A stretch of DNA of 64,000 nt, taken from NCBI GenBank assembly GCA_044341045.1, contig JBIISK010000003.1, positions 6,268 through 70,267 of the forward strand, in the 5' to 3' direction. The stretch's first letter is position 1. Each line of letters starts with the position of its first letter. The notes beneath the pieces are model-generated. The model worked only from the letters and a program-made list of their open reading frames with translations. It did no database searches and had not been told where the DNA came from. This DNA is from Sediminibacterium sp. (GTDB lineage: Bacteria; Bacteroidota; Bacteroidia; Chitinophagales; Chitinophagaceae). The translations under genes were made by a program, and so were the position numbers. This document shows, piece after piece, positions 57,733 through 64,000 of this stretch.

Positions 57733-59667
57733 TTGGCAACTGAAAATTCTTTACTACAAACAACAGCATCTGTTTGGGAATACTCTTTATTTTCAGAGGC
57801 GGATGTACGCAATTTTCAGGCGGGTACGCATTATCAGTTGTATCATTTTTTTGGTAATAAGCAACTTCAAGTAAATGAAATTGCGGGCACTTACTTTGCA
57901 GTATGGGCGCCAAGTGCTACCGCTGTTTTTGTTACAGGTAATTTTAACGCATGGAATCTAGCATCCCATCCGCTGCATGTTAGACCAGATTCATCAGGTA
58001 TCTGGGAAGGTTTTATTCCGGGGGTTGTAGCGGGGGAGCTTTACAAATATCATATTCATGGTTTTGAAGGTGCTAGGCTTAACAAGGCAGATCCCTTTGC
58101 ACACTATGCCGAAAAACGACCGGATACCGCGTCTATTACTTGGCAAACAGGATACCATTGGTCTGATCAAAATTGGATGGCACACCGACAACATAAAAAT
58201 GCATTAGATGCGCCAATTTCGGTGTATGAAATGCATTTGGCAAGTTGGATGCGTCCTATTCCTTCTGATGAAGGTAGTTACAATACCTATACGCAAATAG
58301 CTGAAAGGCTTATTCCATATGTACTAGAAATGGGGTTTACCCATATCGAACTTATGCCTGTTATGGAACATCCATTTGATGGCAGTTGGGGTTATCAGGG
58401 TACTGGATTTTTTGCCCCTACATCTAGGTTTGGTAATCCGCAAGATTTTGCAGCTTTTGTAAATGCTTTTCATAAGGCAGGCATCGGAGTTATTTTAGAC
58501 TGGGTGCCATCGCATTTCCCATATGATGATCATGGTCTTTATTTATTTGATGGGTCACATACATACGAATATGCCGATATGCGTAAAGGGTTTCATCCCG
58601 ATTGGAACTCTTATATTTTTAATTATAAACGTGGTGAAGTAAAATCTTTTTTAATTAGTAGTGCGCGTTTTTGGATAGATCAGTTTCATATCGATGGTTT
58701 AAGAGTAGACGCTGTAAGTTCTATGCTTCGTTTAGATTACAGTAGAAAAAAAGGAGAGTGGGAGCCCAATGAACTCGGAGGCGATGGTAATTTAGAAGCG
58801 GTTGCATTTATTAAAGATTTAAACGAAACACTCTATCGTGATTTTCCAGATATACAAACCATTGCAGAAGAAGCTACAGATTGGCCGGGCATTAGTAAGC
58901 CAACATCTATGGATGGGCTTGGTTTTGGTATGAAATGGATGATGGGCTGGATGCATGATACGCTTGATTACTTTAAAGCAGATCCGCTCATGCGCTCTGG
59001 ACTACAGGATAAATTTTCATTTAGTATGATGTACTATTACGACGAAAATTTTATGTTGCCCTTAAGTCATGACGAAGTGGTGCATGGCAAGAGCCCCATG
59101 ATATATAAAATGCCTGGCGACGAGTGGCAGAAGTTTGCAAATTTAAGGTTGCTTTATACCTATATGTATATGCATCCAGGTGCCAAGCTATTATTTATGG
59201 GTAATGAGTTTGCGACTACCACCGAATGGAATTATAAAACAGAACTTCCTTGGCATTTGTTAACACATCCAAGTCATGGCGGTATGAAATATTGTGTTCA
59301 AAAACTCAACGAATTATATACATCGCACCCTGCTTTATATGAATTGCAGTTTGAGCCTGCTGGTTTTGAATGGATAGATTTGCAGCACAGATCCGAATCT
59401 GTAATGGCGTTTAAACGCAAAGGGAAAAATCCTGCTGGCGATATTGTGGTGATTATTAATGCCACGCCGGTTGTAAGACATGATTGGAAAATTAGTGTGC
59501 AAGGAAAAGCGGAGTGGCAGGAAATATTTAATAGTGACCATCAAGACTTTTGGGGAACGGGTGTTGTCTACAACCCAGCTATACCATGTGTTTGCGTAGA
59601 TAGGCAAGATAACTGGCATGAGCTTACTTTACAATTACCTGCATTAAGCGCAGTTGTTTTACAATAA
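57733..59667 (+). CDS. glgB: 1,4-alpha-glucan branching enzyme (TTG start)
   Basis: FAVWAPSA, GSWGYQ, LDWVPSHF, DGLRVDAV, AEEAT, LSHDEVVHGK, LFMGNEF. Confidence 0.97.
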   Translation: MATENSLLQTTASVWEYSLFSEADVRNFQAGTHYQLYHFFGNKQLQVNEIAGTYFAVWAPSATAVFVTGNFNAWNLASHPLHVRPDSSGIWEGFIPGVVAGELYKYHIHGFEGARLNKADPFAHYAEKRPDTASITWQTGYHWSDQNWMAHRQHKNALDAPISVYEMHLASWMRPIPSDEGSYNTYTQIAERLIPYVLEMGFTHIELMPVMEHPFDGSWGYQGTGFFAPTSRFGNPQDFAAFVNAFHKAGIGVILDWVPSHFPYDDHGLYLFDGSHTYEYADMRKGFHPDWNSYIFNYKRGEVKSFLISSARFWIDQFHIDGLRVDAVSSMLRLDYSRKKGEWEPNELGGDGNLEAVAFIKDLNETLYRDFPDIQTIAEEATDWPGISKPTSMDGLGFGMKWMMGWMHDTLDYFKADPLMRSGLQDKFSFSMMYYYDENFMLPLSHDEVVHGKSPMIYKMPGDEWQKFANLRLLYTYMYMHPGAKLLFMGNEFATTTEWNYKTELPWHLLTHPSHGGMKYCVQKLNELYTSHPALYELQFEPAGFEWIDLQHRSESVMAFKRKGKNPAGDIVVIINATPVVRHDWKISVQGKAEWQEIFNSDHQDFWGTGVVYNPAIPCVCVDRQDNWHELTLQLPALSAVVLQ

Positions 59668-59672
59668 TCAAT

Positions 59673-60830
59673 TTAATCTACTACTGGCAGTTGCAAACAA
59701 AAGGTACTGCCCTTTCCGGGTTCAGTGCGCTTGATAAATAATTTACCGTGGTGGTAGGTTTCCATAATTCTTTTGCTGAGCGGAAGCCCAAGCCCCCATC
59801 CACGTTTTTTGGTGGTAAAGCCGGGTTCAAATATTTGATTGGCTGTGTCACTATCCATACCTTTTCCGGTATCAGTTATAGTAATACTAACTTGTTTATT
59901 TTGAACCAACGCCAAAATAGAAATTTTTCCAGCGCCGTCAGTTGCATCAAGCGCATTTTTAATTAGGTTTTCTAATACCCAATCAAATAGTGGTTCCGAT
60001 AGCATTACAAAAACTTCAGGTGGTAAAGTACATTCTATAACAACCTGCTTACTGGATCTAAGTTTCATGTAGGCGACCATGCGCTCAATTTCTGTAAAAG
60101 GATTGCTGCGCGATAATTGTGGAGCACTTCCAATTTTTCCAAAACGGTCTGATATGAGTTCTAGTCTTTCAATGTCTTTTTCAATTTCAAAAACAATGGG
60201 ATCTTTGGTTGCTTTTTCTTTTAATAAAGCAATCCAACCTTGAAGGCTAGAAACAGGTGTACCAAGCTGGTGGGCTGTTTCTTTGGCCATGCCAAGCCAT
60301 AATTTATCTTGCTCATTTTTATATCTTGTACGAAGTGCACTAACTGCAATAAAAACAAACAATGCCACAATGAGTAGTTGAATGTAGGGATACCATTCTA
60401 CCTCTTTGAGCAGTTTACTTGGCCCATAATAGTAGTGGTTAGCTGTGTAAGGAGAGTCCGCAATAACAACAACAATGGGCGTTTTGCTAAACTTTTTAAA
60501 GTCTTCTAATGTTTTTGTCAGATATAAACTATCCGATGCAATACTTGCAGTATCTAAGTTAAGGGCATTACCTGTAGGCACTCCTTGTTCATTGGTTTCA
60601 ATGATGGGGATGTCTTCGTTGTCTGCGCTAATTTGTGTTGCAAGGTTTAGATTGCTGGAATCTTTACTACTCAAAATGGTTTTTTGCGCTTCTATCCATT
60701 CGCGCACATATTTTCTTTCGGTGTTGGCAATTTTGCCTGCCACATATGTCGAATAAAATATGGTAGCGCATACAAATAATATGGCAATAAATACGAGTAA
60801 TCCTGACCACTTAAATTGTTTCATGGTCAA
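59673..60830 (-). CDS. Orphan sensor histidine kinase (two TM)
   Basis: KETAHQLGTPVSSL H-box; ENLIKNALDA; DTGKG; FEPGFTTKKRGWGLGL. Confidence 0.93.
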   Translation of the reverse strand: MTMKQFKWSGLLVFIAILFVCATIFYSTYVAGKIANTERKYVREWIEAQKTILSSKDSSNLNLATQISADNEDIPIIETNEQGVPTGNALNLDTASIASDSLYLTKTLEDFKKFSKTPIVVVIADSPYTANHYYYGPSKLLKEVEWYPYIQLLIVALFVFIAVSALRTRYKNEQDKLWLGMAKETAHQLGTPVSSLQGWIALLKEKATKDPIVFEIEKDIERLELISDRFGKIGSAPQLSRSNPFTEIERMVAYMKLRSSKQVVIECTLPPEVFVMLSEPLFDWVLENLIKNALDATDGAGKISILALVQNKQVSITITDTGKGMDSDTANQIFEPGFTTKKRGWGLGLPLSKRIMETYHHGKLFIKRTEPGKGSTFCLQLPVVD

Positions 60831-61778
60831 TTAAAACAATCCGCCTTTTTTAAGGCTTGTTATACCTTCTCCAATTTTAAATCCGTTGTTGTAAATTTCA
60901 ATTTTATAATTTCCCATTTGAAAAGCAGCAGCTTGTTTCCAGTCAAAGCTTACTTGGCTTGCTTTGCCTTGCTCGTAATTAACGCTCACTTTGCTAGTGT
61001 ATGCTCTGTTTCCTTCTTCTCTAGTATTAAATGAAGCACCTTCAGAAATGGCTTTACCATCAGGTCCGGTAACACATACAAAAATATCTTTGGTGCCAGA
61101 TGTCGCAATTCTGTTAGGGTCTAATGTAAAAGAAATTCGAATAAGGTCAGCGCGTTTTGCAGATGTGGTTGCTTTTGCGGCGCCATTATTTTTTACATTA
61201 AGCGCAGCAATACCAATATTTGATGCGTGTAGGGTAGAAGCTACATCCACTTTTTCGTCGAGTTCTTTTTTGGTAGCAGAAAGGTTTTGCTCTAAATTTT
61301 GTTTGTCATTAGTGAGTTGAGACTTTTCAGTATTTAATTGCTCGTTGGCAACTGTAAGTTGTTTGTTTTCACCTTTTAATTTTTCGATTTCAGCAAACAA
61401 GCCTTCTACTTTACCATTTAATTCAAGTATCATTTGGCGTGCTAAAGATAAATCGGCATCAGATGCCTTTTTATTTTTAATGATCGCACTGATATTTGAT
61501 TTTAATTGTTGAATTTCATTGCCTCTATCTGCAAGTGCACCCTGTAATTGACTATTGTTGAGTGTTAATGAATCGGCTTTTGCGGCAACTAAATCGTAAG
61601 CTTCTTGGATAGCGCCTCTGCTGCTATCCACAAATTGGATTTTGGTCTCCATTAATGTAACCGTGTCTTGGTGCTGGTTATTGCTATATAAAAAATAGGC
61701 CCAGCTACCTACTAGGGCTAACACTAAAAAGAGGATAATTCCTTTATTGTTACTATTGTTTCCGTTACTTGCTGACAT
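60831..61778 (-). CDS. Conserved Bacteroidota membrane-anchored coiled-coil protein of unknown function
   Basis: One N-terminal TM helix, about 140 aa of heptad-like coiled coil, then a beta-rich C-domain (ISFTLDPN, VTGPDGK, GNYKIEIY..G..IG). Confidence 0.8.
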   Translation of the reverse strand: MSASNGNNSNNKGIILFLVLALVGSWAYFLYSNNQHQDTVTLMETKIQFVDSSRGAIQEAYDLVAAKADSLTLNNSQLQGALADRGNEIQQLKSNISAIIKNKKASDADLSLARQMILELNGKVEGLFAEIEKLKGENKQLTVANEQLNTEKSQLTNDKQNLEQNLSATKKELDEKVDVASTLHASNIGIAALNVKNNGAAKATTSAKRADLIRISFTLDPNRIATSGTKDIFVCVTGPDGKAISEGASFNTREEGNRAYTSKVSVNYEQGKASQVSFDWKQAAAFQMGNYKIEIYNNGFKIGEGITSLKKGGLF

Positions 61779-61867
61779 ATGTATTTGTTTTGTTGCAAAT
61801 TAAATAAAATCGCTTGAAACCAGCTTAGTTTTAGCATTTTGATACAATTTTCTAGCATCTTTGCACT

Positions 61868-62866
61868 ATGTCTGCCGAAAAAATCATTGCTGATTGGAAA
61901 AAAGGGAACTTCAAGCCTATTTATTGGCTAGAAGGGGACGAACCTTTTTTTATTGATCAAGTGGTGCATTATGCCGAGCATAAAATTTTACCCGAGGCAG
62001 AAGCAAGTTTTAATCTGTCTATTTTTTATGGTAAAGATGCCGAATGGTCGTCTGTGGTAAACGCCTGCATGCGTTATCCCATGTTTGCAGAAAAACAAGT
62101 TGTTATTTTAAAAGAAGCGCAGCAAATGCGCGATATCGAAAAATTAGAATCTTACATAGATAATCCTTTAGCTTCTACCATTTTTGTGGTGAGCTACAAA
62201 GAAAAAAAAGTAGATGGCCGGTCTAAATTAGCTAAAACTTTAAAGTCAAAAGGAGAGATGCTGTCTACCAAAAAAATGTATGACAGTCAACTACCTGAAT
62301 GGGTGAATCAAATGGTGGCATCACATAAATTAACCATTGCACCAAAGGCGCTTCATTTGCTTGTAGATCATATTGGGAATGATTTGAGTAGACTTCAAAA
62401 TGAAGTGGAAAAGTTAGCCGTAAATTTAGCAGGCCGAAAAAATATTTCAGAAGACGATATTGAAAAATATATAGGTGTCAGTAAGGATTTTAATGTGTTT
62501 GAACTGCAAGATGCACTTGGCAAAAGAGACCTTGCTAAAACCATCCGAATCATTCATTATTTTGAGGCAAATCCTAAAGCCGCACCTATTCAAATGATAC
62601 TTCCTGCGCTTTATAATTATTTTAGTAAAGTGTTTATGCTCTATAGCTTACCAAATATTACCGAACAGGCTGCTGCTGCTGCACTTGGCGTAAATCCATT
62701 TTTTGTAAAAGAATATATTGCTACTGCGCGACGTTATGATTATGAGGGTATCGAAAAAGTATTATTACTGCTACATCAATACAATTTAAGAAGTATTGGG
62801 GTACATGATGCTGGCACTTCTGATGCTGGCTTATTAAAAGAATTGGCCGTAAAAATGATTGCTTAA
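61868..62866 (+). CDS. holA: DNA polymerase III delta subunit
   Basis: FKPIYWLEGDEPFFID, FYGKD, YPMFAEKQVVILKEAQ, HIGNDLSRL.NE..KL, IGVSKDFNVFEL. Confidence 0.95.
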   Translation: MSAEKIIADWKKGNFKPIYWLEGDEPFFIDQVVHYAEHKILPEAEASFNLSIFYGKDAEWSSVVNACMRYPMFAEKQVVILKEAQQMRDIEKLESYIDNPLASTIFVVSYKEKKVDGRSKLAKTLKSKGEMLSTKKMYDSQLPEWVNQMVASHKLTIAPKALHLLVDHIGNDLSRLQNEVEKLAVNLAGRKNISEDDIEKYIGVSKDFNVFELQDALGKRDLAKTIRIIHYFEANPKAAPIQMILPALYNYFSKVFMLYSLPNITEQAAAAALGVNPFFVKEYIATARRYDYEGIEKVLLLLHQYNLRSIGVHDAGTSDAGLLKELAVKMIA

Positions 62867-62880
62867 ATACTTTTGCTTAT

Positions 62881-63825
62881 TTAAACAGCGCCTTCTAATA
62901 AGCTAGCAGCTTTCTTTTTGTCTTGTAAGAGTTGCGCTTTTAAACCTTCGAGTCCATCAAACTTTACTTCGCCTCTTAAATAATAATAGAGTTCTACTTT
63001 TACTTGTGCGCCATAAATGTCGGCGTCAAAATCAAATATATTTACTTCCACTACTCTTTTTTTACCATCAATTGTAGGTCTAACACCAATATTCATCATC
63101 CCAGCGTATACCTCCTTCGCATCATTGATGGTAACGCGAACGGCATACACGCCATCGCTTGGTATGAGCTTTTCTTCTGGTGCGATATGTAAATTAGCTG
63201 TTGGATAGCCAAGGGTTCTGCCAACTTTATTTCCTTCTACTACAAGACCATCAAAAAAATAAGGGTAGCCCAAAAAAATATTGGCGGTTTCAATATCATG
63301 CGCTGCAATGGACGCTCTAATTTTTGTAGAACTTATCACTGATTCTTGAAGTACTTGCTCCGATATTTCATTCACTACAAAACCTTTTTCTAGACCTACT
63401 TGCTCCAATAACTCAAAATCCCCGAGCCTGCCTTTACCAAACCGATGATCGTAACCAATAACAACCGTGTGGGGCTTAAAATAAGCCACTATAAAATCAG
63501 TAATGTATTCTTTTGCACTTAAGTTAGAAAAATGATGGTCAAAAGGCACTACCACTAAATGATCAATGCCCGCTTTTTCCAATAAACTTATTTTCTCTTG
63601 CAGTGTGGTGAGTAGTTTTACATCGCCCGGTACTGACGAAACAATTTTACGAGGGTGGGGATGAAAAGTGATAATGACGGTTTCTCCATTTACGGCATTC
63701 GCGGTTTCCCTTAGTTGTTGTAAGATTTTTTGATGACCCTTATGTACCCCATCAAAAGTGCCAATCGTAAGCACGGCATTGGTAAAAGTTGGTAAAGAGG
63801 GAGCTAGTTCGTAGTGGACTTTCAT
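62881..63825 (-). CDS. ribF: Bifunctional riboflavin kinase/FAD synthetase; start refined to ATG 63825
   Basis: IGTFDGVHKGH, TFHPHP, GYDHRFG, ISSTKIR, GRTLGYPTAN, GMMNIGVRPT, LRGEVKF. Confidence 0.97.
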   Translation of the reverse strand: MKVHYELAPSLPTFTNAVLTIGTFDGVHKGHQKILQQLRETANAVNGETVIITFHPHPRKIVSSVPGDVKLLTTLQEKISLLEKAGIDHLVVVPFDHHFSNLSAKEYITDFIVAYFKPHTVVIGYDHRFGKGRLGDFELLEQVGLEKGFVVNEISEQVLQESVISSTKIRASIAAHDIETANIFLGYPYFFDGLVVEGNKVGRTLGYPTANLHIAPEEKLIPSDGVYAVRVTINDAKEVYAGMMNIGVRPTIDGKKRVVEVNIFDFDADIYGAQVKVELYYYLRGEVKFDGLEGLKAQLLQDKKKAASLLEGAV

Positions 63826-63896
63826 AATCAGCGGCAAAAATAAGCGGAAAATCCAATCTTAGGCCATTTGCCAGGGTACTCTTTCTCTCTTTTGCT

Positions 63897-63904
63897 TACC
63901 TTTG
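63897..63904 (+). promoter_or_regulatory. -7 promoter element for purM
   Basis: TACCTTTG, exact consensus, 39 nt before ATG 63944. Confidence 0.7.
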
Positions 63905-63943
63905 CCGTGGATACCGGTTTTTGTTCATATTTATTCTATTTCA

Positions 63944-64000
63944 ATGTCTTTATACGCTAAACGAGGTGTTTCGGCTCAAAAGGAAGAAGTGCATGCAGCT
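63944..64000 (+). CDS. purM: Partial 5' end of Bacteroidota-type AIR synthase (not in ORF track, runs off window)
   Basis: ATG 63944 reads MSLYAKRGVSAQKEEVHAA, matching the Y..RGVSA.KE.VH.A N-terminus of Bacteroidota PurM-like proteins. Confidence 0.75.
   Translation, partial: MSLYAKRGVSAQKEEVHAA

Noticed and set aside
63826-63943. FMN riboswitch (ribF) or ZTP riboswitch (purM)
   Set aside because: The motif-to-ATG distances are 9 and 39 nt, too short for either aptamer.
1-64000. CRISPR array, tRNA/rRNA, IS element, prophage, anti-phage defence island or invertible promoter
   Set aside because: No regularly spaced repeats, cloverleaf or rRNA signatures, transposase/integrase/recombinase ORFs, or separated inverted-repeat pairs flanking a promoter were seen.

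Overview
AT-rich, very gene-dense core-chromosome segment of an aerobic Bacteroidota genome, most consistent with a Chitinophagaceae-type organism. Supporting signs are TAnnTTTG-type -7 promoters, no Shine-Dalgarno usage, a SprE/PorW homolog, DUF4270, GSCFA and TonB-dependent receptors. It carries about 55 complete CDSs plus the first 19 codons of purM, and by hand tally only about 2.7 kb (4-5%) is non-coding. I found no rRNA, tRNA, CRISPR array, transposase, integrase or prophage gene. Content: envelope genes (PBP1A, SprE, RfaE2, KdsC, LepB, two TBDRs), central metabolism (sucC, pdhB, lipA, metK, purC, purM, ribF), RNA modification (rlmB, miaE, trhO), DNA metabolism (topA, holA, ogt), Fe-S accessories (fdx, iscX) and a glycogen/maltodextrin locus (ROK kinase, two MFS carriers, glgA, glgC, GH13, glgB). 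I saw no self-contained exotic system. The best leads are: (i) a recurrent near-leaderless promoter architecture; (ii) a perfect 15-bp palindrome made of two back-to-back promoter-like elements at a subtilase gene; (iii) atpZ/atpI-like genes and a peptidase-less M23 N-terminus orphaned beside sprE; (iv) a catalytically degenerate half glycogen synthase paired with DUF4270; (v) an archaeal-DGGGPS-like prenyltransferase; (vi) apparent loss of panC-panD from their usual site. All family calls come from recognising motifs by eye, with no database search.
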